A DNA stretch of 64,000 nt from Paenibacillus sp. (GCA_041641375.1 JBEPYM010000003.1:11848-75847); one strand, 5' to 3'; positions 36,790-47,422 are shown, numbered from the stretch's first letter. The notes: generated from the letters alone by a model not told the origin. A program made the numbers and translations.

Positions 36790-37322
36790 TGGGACCCTCC
36801 TTCCGACAGTCCTTCAAATCCTGCGGTTGATTCAAGCCAATCATAGAGTTGTTGCGCTGAACAATCTTGACTTGGCAGAGAGTCGTTTTTGAAATCAATA
36901 AGCGCTCTCTCTAAAACTGATAATCTATTTATTTCTGATGATTGTTTAAGTAACTCCGATTGCCAATCAACCGTACAAGCGCAAGGTAGTGCGTAATAAG
37001 GGTCATGACACATTTCATTGATTCCAGATCCACCGCATTCGTCACATCGGGTTAACTTTTTGAGTTCGGCTATTTCTGCTGCCTGTTGGGATATGATGGA
37101 TTGTTGATGGGTGAGCCATTCATGTGCATTTGTGATGATTTCCAAATCTGCATCGTATGGAGGATGTCCGGCAACTGGATAGTATGATTGATCTATTCCG
37201 CAATCGAATATAGGCCATCCATTACTTCCCCTTAGACATCCTTCACCTTCATTGTGAATCCATTTCCACGGTCCCGGTGTTGCTTTCTTCAACGCCTCTT
37301 CTATCTGCTGCTGTATAGTCAT
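36786..37322 (-). CDS. Ead/Ea22-like phage protein
   Basis: 'KATPGPW..DLEIITNA' motif. Confidence 0.55.
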   Translation of the reverse strand: MTIQQQIEEALKKATPGPWKWIHNEGEGCLRGSNGWPIFDCGIDQSYYPVAGHPPYDADLEIITNAHEWLTHQQSIISQQAAEIAELKKLTRCDECGGSGINEMCHDPYYALPCACTVDWQSELLKQSSEINRLSVLERALIDFKNDSLPSQDCSAQQLYDWLESTAGFEGLSEGGSQ

Positions 37323-37547
37323 AGTCTTATTCTCCTTTGATGGATGGTTATCGGCTGCCGCTGTCGCTAGGCTTATGCTGTCGGACGTAGGGTTACTCTT
37401 TTATGCTTAGCTTCTCCAGACATTCGTCGCAGGTTGGCGGATAAACTGGCTTCCCTTCGCATCCACACATATAACCGTCACAACACATCTGAATTTCAGA
37501 ATCTGCAACATCGTTTTCTTTGCATTCCCAGCATTTATACATAATTA

Positions 37548-37874
37548 TCACCTCTTCGATCCCATTATTTCGTGAGGATACAATACAACCATACCTATTT
37601 CACCTTCGAACACTTCTGTCCGATCATAGAGTGGGAAAAATCTATGTTTGCTGTCTCCAGTACCTACCCCCGACCCCGCTGCATACCTGAACGCTGAAGG
37701 TTTCTCATTTCCGTTTGATAGAATTGGTATCCTTAGTTCTTTGCAACGTGACTTGGTAAGCAATACAGCAAATTCATATCTTTCATCTGTCCAACGTTTT
37801 GTAGTGGTGTTGTAATATGGCAAGCCCGTTTCTAACACTTCTTCTTTTGTATACCAACCTTTTTCATTCGGCAT
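37548..37874 (-). CDS. Phage hypothetical protein
   Basis: Likely start MPNEKG after GGAGG. Confidence 0.5.
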   Translation of the reverse strand: MPNEKGWYTKEEVLETGLPYYNTTTKRWTDERYEFAVLLTKSRCKELRIPILSNGNEKPSAFRYAAGSGVGTGDSKHRFFPLYDRTEVFEGEIGMVVLYPHEIMGSKR

Positions 37875-38203
37875 CTTCTGGTTCCTCCGGTGAAATAAAG
37901 TTGGAGTCGTGTGGATGAAAATAAATACATCGCTTCGCCTGATCGCGTTCATAACGTTTCTTGTTTTCTTCCTCAATCCACTCATCAAAATGATTATCAT
38001 AACGTTGTTCGATATCATCCATACCGATCACACCTTTTCAATATTTTCTAATGAGACTGTTACCGTATGACCCCAACCGCTACCCATGATCCAAGTTACA
38101 ACTGCTTTGTTTCCGCATATCATTTTGACTTTTCCGGGATTAGATTTATCTTCGAAACCTAGCGGCACAACCTGATCTCCTGATTTCATTTGTTTATCTC
38201 CCC

Positions 38204-38389
38204 TTATTCAATATATAACTCCAATTGTCCTGAAATTGTGGACGCATCAACCACGTATCCCTTTTCCACCCAAGTGCGATAAACAGTTTTCCTGAAACGA
38301 TGATATATTGGTGTTCCCGCCTTGCGATTTGGGTATATAGATTCCGCAATTTCTGACCAAACCCATTCTGTTTCTGCCGTTGCGAACAT
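38204..38389 (-). CDS. Phage hypothetical protein
   Basis: Early operon context. Confidence 0.45.
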   Translation of the reverse strand: MFATAETEWVWSEIAESIYPNRKAGTPIYHRFRKTVYRTWVEKGYVVDASTISGQLELYIE

Positions 38390-38445
38390 CCCTTATTCCT
38401 CCATCCGTTGATTACGTTCATACTCTATCTCCTCTAGTCCACGCC

Positions 38446-38673
38446 TTATGAAGTCTTTTTGAGTATTGACCTTATCTTGTCCATCTCCGTCTTAATCTGT
38501 TCAGGTAGCGGTGGAGAAAGCTTCTCAGCTTCGTTAATCCTGTTAAACTCTTCTAAAAGTTCCTCGTACCGCGCCCATGCTTTATCTCGCTGTACCTTTG
38601 TGATGTCCTCGCGTTCGATATAAGCAGCACCTGTCACGAGTCGCCCTAATATTTCTTCGCGATTCATCCCCAT
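38446..38673 (-). CDS. Phage protein downstream of initiator
   Basis: Directly follows replication gene. Confidence 0.55.
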   Translation of the reverse strand: MGMNREEILGRLVTGAAYIEREDITKVQRDKAWARYEELLEEFNRINEAEKLSPPLPEQIKTEMDKIRSILKKTS

Positions 38674-38676
38674 TGT

Positions 38677-39576
38677 TTAAGCTCCTTGATTCAGAGTTGA
38701 TTCGTCTTTCAGTTTCCTTGCTAGTTCGAGCATTTCTTCTAGTTGTTCAGGTGTGACTTCGGGTGTGTTGCCATCGTCTTTAACGACATTTAACCTTGGG
38801 CTTTGCGGTTTGCTGTATTTTCCTCTGAATGATTGCTGTTGCTTCGGTTCTTCCTTCTCAAGCGTCCAAGGTTCGGGGTGTCCAGAAGCTTTCCAACGTT
38901 TCAAGATGCCTTCCACATACGCCCAAACTTTCTTGTCATGCTTGATGGATTCAGTCATTGCCCGCTTTACCCAATCTTCGGTATATGTCTTAATGCAATC
39001 CTCGATGAACTGGGCTGTTGTTTCGTTCAGTTTTCCGAATTCGTGTTTTTCAAAAAGACCAAAAGGATTAGTAACCCTCATGCCAATACCACTACTACTT
39101 TCTTTTGAAGAAGAAGAAGAAAAAGAAGAAGAAAGAGAAAAAGAAACGGCGTTTTGCGGTGATTCTTGCTGTTCTTCGGTGTTCTTCGGCGTTTTTCGGT
39201 GTTCTTCGGCGTTTTGCGGCGATTTGAAATTTGATCCTGAATCATTGCCACGCTTGGCTTTGTTGATATACGACTGGTGTTTGAACCAACTTTCTTCAGG
39301 TATGCAGATCGTTTGTTTTCCCTCAACTTCGTATCTATTCCATAGTCCGACTGCTGCAATCTGATCTAGAGACTCATCAACATCTTTACTTGTGACATCA
39401 AGTGCCGGACACACTAGCAATTTGAACTGTCTGGAATCCCCTGTAATGCGCCCCCAATCATCCATGTGAGGAATTGACCAAGTGTAGAGGATGAGGGGCA
39501 GAAATCCGCGCTCAGAAAGTTCAGCAAGCTTAATGTCTGTGCTTATGTCGGTGCTGATATATCGTTTTCGGCTCAC
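38677..39576 (-). CDS. Phage replication initiator with DnaD domain
   Basis: 'WVKRAMTES..WAYVEGILKRW' DnaD motif; internal repeats near 39105-39220 typical of an intragenic origin. Confidence 0.85.
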   Translation of the reverse strand: MSRKRYISTDISTDIKLAELSERGFLPLILYTWSIPHMDDWGRITGDSRQFKLLVCPALDVTSKDVDESLDQIAAVGLWNRYEVEGKQTICIPEESWFKHQSYINKAKRGNDSGSNFKSPQNAEEHRKTPKNTEEQQESPQNAVSFSLSSSFSSSSSKESSSGIGMRVTNPFGLFEKHEFGKLNETTAQFIEDCIKTYTEDWVKRAMTESIKHDKKVWAYVEGILKRWKASGHPEPWTLEKEEPKQQQSFRGKYSKPQSPRLNVVKDDGNTPEVTPEQLEEMLELARKLKDESTLNQGA

Positions 39577-39893
39577 GACTCCTCATCCTCTTCAAATTGT
39601 TCTAGTGAATTTCTGAAATAAGTCCAATGCGGCGCTTCTAAACAGAGTTCTTTCAACCATTCCAACGATGCTCCGTTAATGTAGGCCTTCTCTAGCAACG
39701 CTATCGCTTTATGTGGATCGTAGTAAGATAACCTGTTTTTAATAATCCCTCTCATGTAATAGAGATCCTTGAGGTAAGGTTTCTCTTTTGCATTTACGTT
39801 GAAAGATAGGATTTTCTCAACCTTTCTCCAAGCATCACTAACGGATTCGCTTGTAGGAAACTGTTCTTTTCCTGTTTCATTTATCTCTTTCAT
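39573..39893 (-). CDS. Phage hypothetical protein
   Basis: Coupled to initiator gene; start approximate. Confidence 0.5.
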   Translation of the reverse strand: MKEINETGKEQFPTSESVSDAWRKVEKILSFNVNAKEKPYLKDLYYMRGIIKNRLSYYDPHKAIALLEKAYINGASLEWLKELCLEAPHWTYFRNSLEQFEEDEES

Positions 39894-40332
39894 GGGTATC
39901 CTCACTCTTTCTGTATTGGGATAGGATGGAACGGGCTTTTAACCCGCTGTCCTGCCATACATCGGAAGTTGTTTCTGTTTCATATTCACTTACTTTATTG
40001 TCGATCATTTCATGGTTAGATTCTTCTCCATACCATTCCAGCACTTTATCCTTTGTGGATAGTTCGGTACGAAGTTCGAATCTAACATCCTTTAGGGAAT
40101 CCACTTCGTTTATCAGGTCGTGTCGTTCTTCAGCTAGCTTTTGAACCTCAGCTTCCCATGCCTCTCGATCCCTTGTTTCCATTTTCAAATCATTCTGCAA
40201 CCGTTTGTTCTCTTCCAGTAGGGCGCGGACACCGCCATATAATTGTTCCATCGTCAATTCGGTTAACTCTCCTATGTCAAACGCAACACGTACAGACTCT
40301 ATCAACTGCTCATTAGGTTGGTTATCACTCAT
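39877..40332 (-). CDS. Coiled-coil phage protein
   Basis: ATGA overlap with upstream gene. Confidence 0.55.
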   Translation of the reverse strand: MSDNQPNEQLIESVRVAFDIGELTELTMEQLYGGVRALLEENKRLQNDLKMETRDREAWEAEVQKLAEERHDLINEVDSLKDVRFELRTELSTKDKVLEWYGEESNHEMIDNKVSEYETETTSDVWQDSGLKARSILSQYRKSEDTHERDK

Positions 40333-40622
40333 CTAATGGAACCTCCCGCAGAATTAATCCGGCTATAATCTTCGCTCGTCTGTTCCTTAAATCTGACAAC
40401 CTCTTCTTTGAACCGCCGTTTTATAAATTCAATGTGTCTGTTACTCTGAACGTTTGGATGCCTATGAGGATTTCTAAGGTATTCAGGTCCAACATGATTA
40501 ATCGATAGCGGAGGACTACTCCACCAAGAATCAGTAGAGCGCCCTTTTCCATCAGTAAACCGAGACATGACACCGCCAACCTCCGGACGATGCAGCCACA
40601 TTTCAAATTTCAATCTTGCCAT
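40329..40622 (-). CDS. Phage hypothetical protein
   Basis: RBS AAGGAG. Confidence 0.55.
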   Translation of the reverse strand: MARLKFEMWLHRPEVGGVMSRFTDGKGRSTDSWWSSPPLSINHVGPEYLRNPHRHPNVQSNRHIEFIKRRFKEEVVRFKEQTSEDYSRINSAGGSIR

Positions 40623-40715
40623 CTATCAATCTCTCCTTGGGGTAATAGAGTTTAGACCTTGTACGGCCTCCGCTACGCTAGGTATTGCTGTCGAGCGAAG
40701 CCCTTCGGTCAATCT

Positions 40716-41210
40716 TTAGTTCGCTCTTTTAATGACCATTGATTCGCGCATATCCTTGTCGTTCAAAAGATTGAGATAGTACAAGCAACTTTCCTTTTGA
40801 TCTTCTGATAGCTTGTTTCTAGGGTTTTTTAGCCCTACTGCAAACACTATTGAACCGTGAGAAGGACCCATTCCGTAATTGCAATCACATTCTTGATGCG
40901 TCCAACTTGCATAGTTCTTGACTCCGAAGTATTCCTTTGACATCTTTGGAGTGTCCAAGGAAATGTCTTTAATCGCTTCGCTTACGCACCTATAGCTGTA
41001 TTCCCCGTACTCCAAGCCGCGAATATAAAGCAACGCTTCTGCCTGTCTAATCATTCCGAGGTCGATACCCTTCATTACCATGCCTTTCTTGCGGCTTAAC
41101 TCCGTAATCTTGCGAGTGTTCTCTTTCATGAACTCTTCATGCGCTTTGATAGCTTCCTTACGATCTTCGTTAAGTTGAATCAATTGGTTTTCGATGGTTA
41201 GTAAGTTCAT
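40716..41210 (-). CDS. Phage hypothetical protein
   Basis: RBS GGAG; 164 aa. Confidence 0.6.
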   Translation of the reverse strand: MNLLTIENQLIQLNEDRKEAIKAHEEFMKENTRKITELSRKKGMVMKGIDLGMIRQAEALLYIRGLEYGEYSYRCVSEAIKDISLDTPKMSKEYFGVKNYASWTHQECDCNYGMGPSHGSIVFAVGLKNPRNKLSEDQKESCLYYLNLLNDKDMRESMVIKRAN

Positions 41211-41222
41211 TGTTTATTCTCC

Positions 41223-41570
41223 CTATGCGCCTCTGCGCAGTAATTTATCTTGAAACGCAATCAACCATTCTCTACCTTCCAAACTTCCATCACAGTACGT
41301 ATGGCACGGCACGCACAGATGGGCATAGTCCTCCGCAACAGGAGAGGCACTATGATTGTGCCTCCTGACTATATGCGCTCTCTGTGAGGCTCTAGCGCGG
41401 TCACAGCGTTCACATACATAGTTGCTGCGTTCTTTTAGTCTTGCGTCTTCTTTGGGTGATAGATTGCTTATTGTGGAGCGTTTTTGTTTATTGCGGTTAT
41501 GGGTGACTTTCTTGGACTTGTCCGACTTTGGATGATTGGGCTTGGGTACTGGGTTGTAAGAGAACATCAT
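41223..41570 (-). CDS. HNH-like zinc-binding nuclease
   Basis: CERC...AHI...LCVPCH. Confidence 0.65.
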   Translation of the reverse strand: MMFSYNPVPKPNHPKSDKSKKVTHNRNKQKRSTISNLSPKEDARLKERSNYVCERCDRARASQRAHIVRRHNHSASPVAEDYAHLCVPCHTYCDGSLEGREWLIAFQDKLLRRGA

Positions 41571-42421
41571 CCCTCAAACCCTTTCAGAAGTTCATCCACT
41601 TCAACATCTGAAGAACCTGCTTCTGTCCAATCCGTTACGTCGATTACATCCGTCATATCTTCCGCCGTGTTGTCAAAGCGTTTTGTTGTTTCGTCCTGGT
41701 CAACCGCTTTCTGGAACTCAACGCTGATCGGCATATACTTCATGAGTGCTTTAAGTACAGTCTTTTTCGCCATCTCATCAAAGTGGTCAACCCACGGGCC
41801 GTATGATTTTGTTTTGCTGAATTTATCGCGGTGAATTTCAATGTCTCGTCTGCTCATGACCACGAATGCATAACCGCCATCCTTGAACTTCGCAACCGCA
41901 TAATATCGAACGATCGTACCGCGCTCACCATCTGCAGGAACGTGACGCAGCTTGTCGTTGATACCGTACTCGTATTCGAAAACGTCTTTATCGTGGACAG
42001 CGTGAGCAATGATTGAACTGATTTGTCCAGTGCGTCTTGCAAGCTCGATCAGTCCCTTATAACCAATTTGGAACTGACATTCATCCTCGTACCATTCTTT
42101 GCCGTTCTCTTTCTTTTTGTTCTTGTAGGGAATCAGATAGGCATGTCCGAGAATGGATGGTTCCAAGCCAAGCTGCGCGCATTGCATGACCGCTCCAAGC
42201 AGGGATTCAGGCGTACATACTTTTAATTTGGGATTCGTTCGAATGCTTGTGGTGGCGATTCTAAGGAGTCTATCAGGGGTGAGGTGTTTTGGTATGGCTT
42301 GAGCAATAGCCGGCTTCATTTCGTTAAATAGGTCGTTCAGCGTCTTTCCTTGTTTAGTGGGAGCGGCGGCTTTATTTGAAAGTGTTTCAGATAATGCGGA
42401 TTGGTCTGTTGCTGTTTTCAT
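41567..42421 (-). CDS. recT: RecT family single-strand annealing protein
   Basis: 'AQLGLEPSILGHAYLIPY', 'FQIGYKGLIELARR', 'EMAKKTV'. Confidence 0.93.
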   Translation of the reverse strand: MKTATDQSALSETLSNKAAAPTKQGKTLNDLFNEMKPAIAQAIPKHLTPDRLLRIATTSIRTNPKLKVCTPESLLGAVMQCAQLGLEPSILGHAYLIPYKNKKKENGKEWYEDECQFQIGYKGLIELARRTGQISSIIAHAVHDKDVFEYEYGINDKLRHVPADGERGTIVRYYAVAKFKDGGYAFVVMSRRDIEIHRDKFSKTKSYGPWVDHFDEMAKKTVLKALMKYMPISVEFQKAVDQDETTKRFDNTAEDMTDVIDVTDWTEAGSSDVEVDELLKGFEG

Positions 42422-42423
42422 GG

Positions 42424-43299
42424 TTAAATTCCTCCAATGATTTTGAATACGCGACTACCGCGTGCATTTGTTTTCCAAGTACAGAACTTCTCACCTTGCC
42501 ATAGTGCCAATTCGTTTTCACCCATCAGATTCTTAACTTTGTTTTTAACGTCCTCATGGGCTTCCTCTGCTCGTTTTAAGTCGTGCTTGGTGTCAACCAG
42601 TCGCTTGATAAGGTCGTAGTATACTTCGCTTATTTCTAAGGTTGTGGGGTTGCTTGAGGGGTACAGATAATCAAGTTTGTCTGTGTCCTTGCTTGTAACC
42701 TCCGGAACTGATTTAGTGAGTACGTGATTATTCCAGAAGTGAGACTCTATCTCTATGAGGCTTTCTATTAGCTTCTCGTCTCTCTCAATCACGCGCCATT
42801 GAAAGTCCCATCCTCCGATTAGAACAGCCATGAACCACCGTTCCGCGCCTGTGACAGCCATATAATGATTGGCTTGGAGTTGGTACTCTGTCGGAATGAC
42901 TTCTACCTTTCCGTCAAACCAATCGTGGCGTGAGTATTCAGAGGTATTCTTGATCTCAAGCCCCGCATTATAACCAGGAATCCAACGGTCGATGTTAGCA
43001 AGCATAAAAGGGAATTTCTTATGTTGAAAGATGGCGTTGCGCTTCATGACCTTGTATCCCGTTTCTTCTGCGAACCAATCTGCAATAAACGGCTCCAGCT
43101 TCCTCCCCGCTTTCATGCGTGGGTTATCTTCTAGTGGGGGCATTTCCCCGATCTTGTCCAAGTAAACTCCTAGAGGGGAGTTGTAGCGGCTCAGACCGCA
43201 TATCGAAGCGGCATCAGAACCGCCTATTCCCTTTCTGCGCCATTCTAACCACTCGTTATGTGTCAAATCGTTTGTTGGAACTAATCTAAGTGCTTCCAT
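42424..43299 (-). CDS. YqaJ-like viral recombinase exonuclease
   Basis: 'EWLEWRRKGIGGSD', 'ANID', 'GLEIK', 'QANHYM'. Confidence 0.93.
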   Translation of the reverse strand: MEALRLVPTNDLTHNEWLEWRRKGIGGSDAASICGLSRYNSPLGVYLDKIGEMPPLEDNPRMKAGRKLEPFIADWFAEETGYKVMKRNAIFQHKKFPFMLANIDRWIPGYNAGLEIKNTSEYSRHDWFDGKVEVIPTEYQLQANHYMAVTGAERWFMAVLIGGWDFQWRVIERDEKLIESLIEIESHFWNNHVLTKSVPEVTSKDTDKLDYLYPSSNPTTLEISEVYYDLIKRLVDTKHDLKRAEEAHEDVKNKVKNLMGENELALWQGEKFCTWKTNARGSRVFKIIGGI

Positions 43300-44054
43300 C
43301 TATGATCACCATCCTCGATATGATAGAATTGAGTTGTCTTTTTCTTTTCTTGAGCCTCGTTGACGCGGGGCTTTTTCATGTCCTAATACTTGCTCAATGA
43401 GTTCCTTATACTCTCTTAGCGACATTCGGGGGTTATCAGACATTATGGTTACTTGTTCCATGGGGGCCTCCTTATTTTGTCCGTATAGTGTGTTTGCATT
43501 TGGTGCATCGAATCATATCAATAAATCCGTTTTTGTTGAGTTCGATGAAGTATTTATTGTTTTTGCATCGTGAACAATTTAGATTTTCCATATGTTCTCC
43601 TTATTGGTCTGATTCGGACTCCGTTTCGATAAACCTCGATAATCCCAAGACTTCAACTTCTCCTTCACACTCTTCATCTGTCATTTGATCCAACACGGCC
43701 TTTGGGTATTCGCAAGATTCTAAAATTTCTCGGTTTGTTTTCATTTGTCATTCTCCTTTTAATTTGATTTGCATCGTCTCGACCGAATCAGCGCGAGCCG
43801 TACCATTCTTTCTTTAAGTCTCTCCTGCGATTTCTCCATAAGATGCGGCGCATTGTTGGGTACTTCTTAGCCAAATCTAGCAAAGTCACCATAGCCCTAT
43901 CCTCTCTCCACTCGTATTGACGGTCTTAACAACTTCATATGTCCGTAAAAGAATTGTTTAGGCTGTGGAGGATTAGGAGACTTAATAAAACCTCAATTCC
44001 AACCTTTGTTGCTGAGAAAATCTTCTCTGCCTCTTAATCCTCCATCTGTAGTTT

Positions 44055-44270
44055 TCATGAGTTATCTTTCCTTTCCAGAGCGTCATTAGCGATATTAAAC
44101 ACTTCATCTGGCATATGGATATTGAGACAAACAATTTTCCGCAATGCAGATTTATACCGTTTTTCTTCCTCCACTTCACCGATGAGATATTTCATGTCGT
44201 TGATGTAATGAGCATCGAATAGATTGTTACTTTCGATGTAGTGCAGACGCTTTTTAATCTGTTCTATCAT
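44055..44270 (-). CDS. Phage hypothetical protein
   Basis: Coupled early gene. Confidence 0.5.
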   Translation of the reverse strand: MIEQIKKRLHYIESNNLFDAHYINDMKYLIGEVEEEKRYKSALRKIVCLNIHMPDEVFNIANDALERKDNS

Positions 44271-44476
44271 GCCGCCGCCTCCGCTTCCTCTGGAGCTTGT
44301 ACAGCAGCAGTTGGAGCAAATGGGTCATAATGGTCTGCTAGTTCTGCAAAGGCATCTTTAGCGGCTTTCTGCGCTTCCTCATAGGATGATGCGGCTAATA
44401 CTTTGGCTAATTGTTTGACCATGATTTGATTGCGTTCGGAGTAATGGCGAAGCGTGTTATCTAGGACTGTTTGCAT
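44267..44476 (-). CDS. Phage hypothetical protein
   Basis: RBS AAGGAG. Confidence 0.55.
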   Translation of the reverse strand: MQTVLDNTLRHYSERNQIMVKQLAKVLAASSYEEAQKAAKDAFAELADHYDPFAPTAAVQAPEEAEAAA

Positions 44477-44542
44477 CTTATATGGCTCCTTTTCGAATGA
44501 TTTGGCGCGTTCTCTTATGTTCCTTTAGTGGCTTTAGGTAGC

Positions 44543-44737
44543 TCATATAGTCGCCTCCTTTAGTGCCGCTTTTCCTTCGCTAGTTGGGATGAAATAAGCT
44601 GATCTATCGTCCCATCCTGCGCGTTTAATTGCGTAACCTTTATCAACTAAATCGTTCCAATCCTTGTCATCATAATCAGTGTAAAATCGTCCGTTTTTTA
44701 TCGCGTGTTCCATATCACCTATTTGATTTTTGTTCAT
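44543..44737 (-). CDS. Phage hypothetical protein
   Basis: RBS GGAGG. Confidence 0.55.
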   Translation of the reverse strand: MNKNQIGDMEHAIKNGRFYTDYDDKDWNDLVDKGYAIKRAGWDDRSAYFIPTSEGKAALKEATI

Positions 44738-45055
44738 TCAACTAACCTCCATAACCTTCAGATAGTTTTGTTCCGTGTAATAATCTCCAAACTCATCAAC
44801 AATCGTGCGGCCGATCCACTTAGCTCCATCGGCTCTTATAAGGCATGAGGTATCGCAAAATCTTCCTTTGAGTACTTTAGATTCGATAAATTCATGCTCA
44901 CCGCGAGTAAGGTTATGACCGCATATACATTGCTTTGTATCAGGCTTGTTGTACTTAATTGCTGTTGGCTTTTTAAGAAGTTCAATCAGCGGTTTTGCCA
45001 AGGAAATGTACCTTCTCTCTTTGGTGGGATGCGTGCATATCGTCCTGTACTTCAT
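44738..45055 (-). CDS. Cys-containing phage protein
   Basis: Early operon context. Confidence 0.5.
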   Translation of the reverse strand: MKYRTICTHPTKERRYISLAKPLIELLKKPTAIKYNKPDTKQCICGHNLTRGEHEFIESKVLKGRFCDTSCLIRADGAKWIGRTIVDEFGDYYTEQNYLKVMEVS

Positions 45056-45284
45056 GAGCGAATTTCATATACTCAGCGAGGGCTTTAAGCTTGTCTATGT
45101 TGTCTTTGGCAGCTTCTACTTTTTGAATCAGCATGCCGTGGTGGTAAATGTTAATCATCTTCATGCGCCCTTCACCTGATCTTTCTTTGGCTCTTTTTGT
45201 GCTGCTGGGATTAGCCATTTATTAATCGCTGCGGCAAGTTTATCGGTGGATGGTTGCTTTAATCGTTCCATGTGGTTGGCCTCC

Positions 45285-45581
45285 TTATTTGATTCTTCTT
45301 AATATTGGTTTGTCCGGTTCGGATCCTAGTCCAATCTTTAGTTCGTCATAAGATTCAACGATGACTTCCATTAACTTTGCATATAGTTTTGGGTGAACTT
45401 CAGCAGCATCCACTAAAATTTGGTGAACAATAGGAGCAATGTAATCATCCACATGAAACCAATCTTTACCCTTCCAAGATTTTATGAGTTCTTGGCATTC
45501 ATCGTCATAGACAACACCGCTGCCGCCCATTTCTCGGATATATTCAGCGAATGTTAGTGGCTTTGACCCTTGGTTTTCCAT
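45285..45581 (-). CDS. Phage hypothetical protein
   Basis: RBS AGGAGG. Confidence 0.6.
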   Translation of the reverse strand: MENQGSKPLTFAEYIREMGGSGVVYDDECQELIKSWKGKDWFHVDDYIAPIVHQILVDAAEVHPKLYAKLMEVIVESYDELKIGLGSEPDKPILRRIK

Positions 45582-45591
45582 CGTTTTCCTC

Positions 45592-46377
45592 CTAAGCGTT
45601 CATCTTCATATTTTTAATGGACATTTCCTTGACAATGGATGTGTAAATTTCCTTTAGTCTCGGGTCGTCTTCGATTACATCCAACTTCGAAACATTGTCC
45701 ACTTTCGTTTTCGTTGCTCCACTTTCTTTAAGACGATCCTGCATATTGCGCTGCCTTCTTGCTAGGTCACAATGTCCGCGCTCTTCTAATATCACGTAGC
45801 TTTCGTTGCGCATTGTTTTGTGATCTTTGCCGTTTGAATTTCGCACGGCAGAATTAAACATCTTACCAAGAGAATCACGCCAGTTATCTTCCCTTTGGAT
45901 GATCGTTTCTCTAATGGTGTTGATGTTGTTCTCGACCAGCACCAATTTGTGTTTTGTTTCAGCAGATTCAATCTGTGTTTTGGCTACTGCATCAAACATG
46001 TGCTTGAACATCTGCATTTCGGGAGTTAATAACTCCACATTGATTGATTGTGTTTGACGTGCCTTCGTCTCTATTGCGATAAAATATTTTCTAACCTTCT
46101 TCCCTTTCTCGTTACCTTCCAACATCGCAATCTCTTTCGCCATGTCCAACTTCATAATGTATTCCGTTTTAGGTCTTCCACCTTGGTCTGAGGTTTTCCC
46201 CAATTGCGGGGAAAAGTCTTCTCCCTCAGTAAAGCCAAACTTCTCAATGCGATCCTTCATCCATGTGGTGAAATCCTTGCCGACTTCTAAAAACTCATGC
46301 AGTTCTCTTCCATCGACAACCTTCTCTCCCGAATCCGTTTCGTAAACTGGAACCAGTTCGTTCGTGATTACTTTCAT
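45592..46377 (-). CDS. AntA/AntB antirepressor
   Basis: 'VDGRELHEFLEV..DFTTW..MAKEIAM..RKYFI'; start ATG 46377 after GGAGG. Confidence 0.88.
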   Translation of the reverse strand: MKVITNELVPVYETDSGEKVVDGRELHEFLEVGKDFTTWMKDRIEKFGFTEGEDFSPQLGKTSDQGGRPKTEYIMKLDMAKEIAMLEGNEKGKKVRKYFIAIETKARQTQSINVELLTPEMQMFKHMFDAVAKTQIESAETKHKLVLVENNINTIRETIIQREDNWRDSLGKMFNSAVRNSNGKDHKTMRNESYVILEERGHCDLARRQRNMQDRLKESGATKTKVDNVSKLDVIEDDPRLKEIYTSIVKEMSIKNMKMNA

Positions 46378-46432
46378 TTTGTTGCCTCCTAAAGGGTTTA
46401 TTTGGTTTTTGTCGAATAAGTACTTTTTGCGA

Positions 46433-46657
46433 TCATGCAGGTTCTTGTTTAACATGTGTTACACTTTGACGAAAAAAAATTTCCCTTGGATCTTTTTTTA
46501 ACGACTCACTTATGGTGATTACCAACAAGCCGGAAGGTTCCTGGCCGTGCAATTCAATGTTCGTTATCGTTTGTCTAGATGTTTTAGAACGTCTTGCCAA
46601 TTCTGATACGGACATTCCAATATCTTCTCTTATTTCTCTCAGCTTATTGTTTAGCAT
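46433..46657 (-). CDS. Cro-like XRE regulator
   Basis: HTH_3 'MSVSELARRSKTSRQTITNIE'; divergent from repressor. Confidence 0.85.
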   Translation of the reverse strand: MLNNKLREIREDIGMSVSELARRSKTSRQTITNIELHGQEPSGLLVITISESLKKDPREIFFRQSVTHVKQEPA

Positions 46658-46787
46658 GTGTACCACCTCCTTGATACCAATGTAACACACGTAAAACATA
46701 GATGTCAACAATGATTAACAAGGAAATAATTTATTTATTGTAAAACATGTTGTAAAGTAAGTATTACAGGGGAGGTGTAATGGGGTA

Positions 46788-47180
46788 ATGTCTGATTTAG
46801 GGGATTTGTTAAAAAAACTTAGAGGGAAAAAATCATTAAGAGAGGCCGCAAAGAAAGCGGGTATTAGCCACACATATCTAAGTATTGTAGAAAGTGGTGT
46901 CGATCTCCGCTCTGGAAGTCCGGTTAATCCAACCCCCGAAACATTAAAGAGCTTAGCTAAGGCTTATAACTATTCTTACGAAAGTTTGATGTCTGTTGCG
47001 GGTTATATAGAAGAAGACAAAAAAGAGAGCGCTGGAACGCTCCCTGAGAGTGAGATTGAAAGAATTATAAGTGAACTAGAACAAGAAGAAAATATAAGTA
47101 TAAGAGATAACCCGTTAGCTCACCAGGCAGTTAGAAATGCTTTGGACTTAGTTGTCCAAATCATCAAGAGTTCTAAGTGA
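46788..47180 (+). CDS. CI/ImmR-like XRE repressor without S24 peptidase domain
   Basis: 'SLREAAKKAGISHTYLSIVESG'; 130 aa. Confidence 0.88.
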   Translation: MSDLGDLLKKLRGKKSLREAAKKAGISHTYLSIVESGVDLRSGSPVNPTPETLKSLAKAYNYSYESLMSVAGYIEEDKKESAGTLPESEIERIISELEQEENISIRDNPLAHQAVRNALDLVVQIIKSSK

Positions 47181-47285
47181 TCCGTCAACCTTTTCGAATA
47201 AAAGCGCTTTCAGTTCCCTTTCCGACTTTTCGATTTTTGTCTCCTGTATGAACGATTGTAAAGATTCTGATAGTTTATCCTCCAT
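47148..47285 (-). CDS. 45-aa acidic protein behind an SOS box, not in ORF track
   Basis: RBS AAGGGAG; MEDKLSESLQSFIQETKIEKSERELKALLFEKVDGSLRTLDDLDN*. Confidence 0.55.
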   Translation of the reverse strand: MEDKLSESLQSFIQETKIEKSERELKALLFEKVDGSLRTLDDLDN

Positions 47286-47359
47286 TCAGTCATCTCCCTT
47301 TTCTCATGATGCAGCCGCCCGAATTGGTAAATTCATGATAGCATATCTAGCGAAAAATA

Positions 47360-47373
47360 GGAACAGGTGTTCG
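47360..47373. promoter_or_regulatory. LexA (Cheo/SOS) box
   Basis: GGAACAGGTGTTCG fits Bacillota GAAC-N4-GTTC. Confidence 0.7.
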
Positions 47374-47422
47374 AAAAATTAAGAGGAAGATTTACTTTTT
47401 CTTTGAAAACTATATAAGGAGC

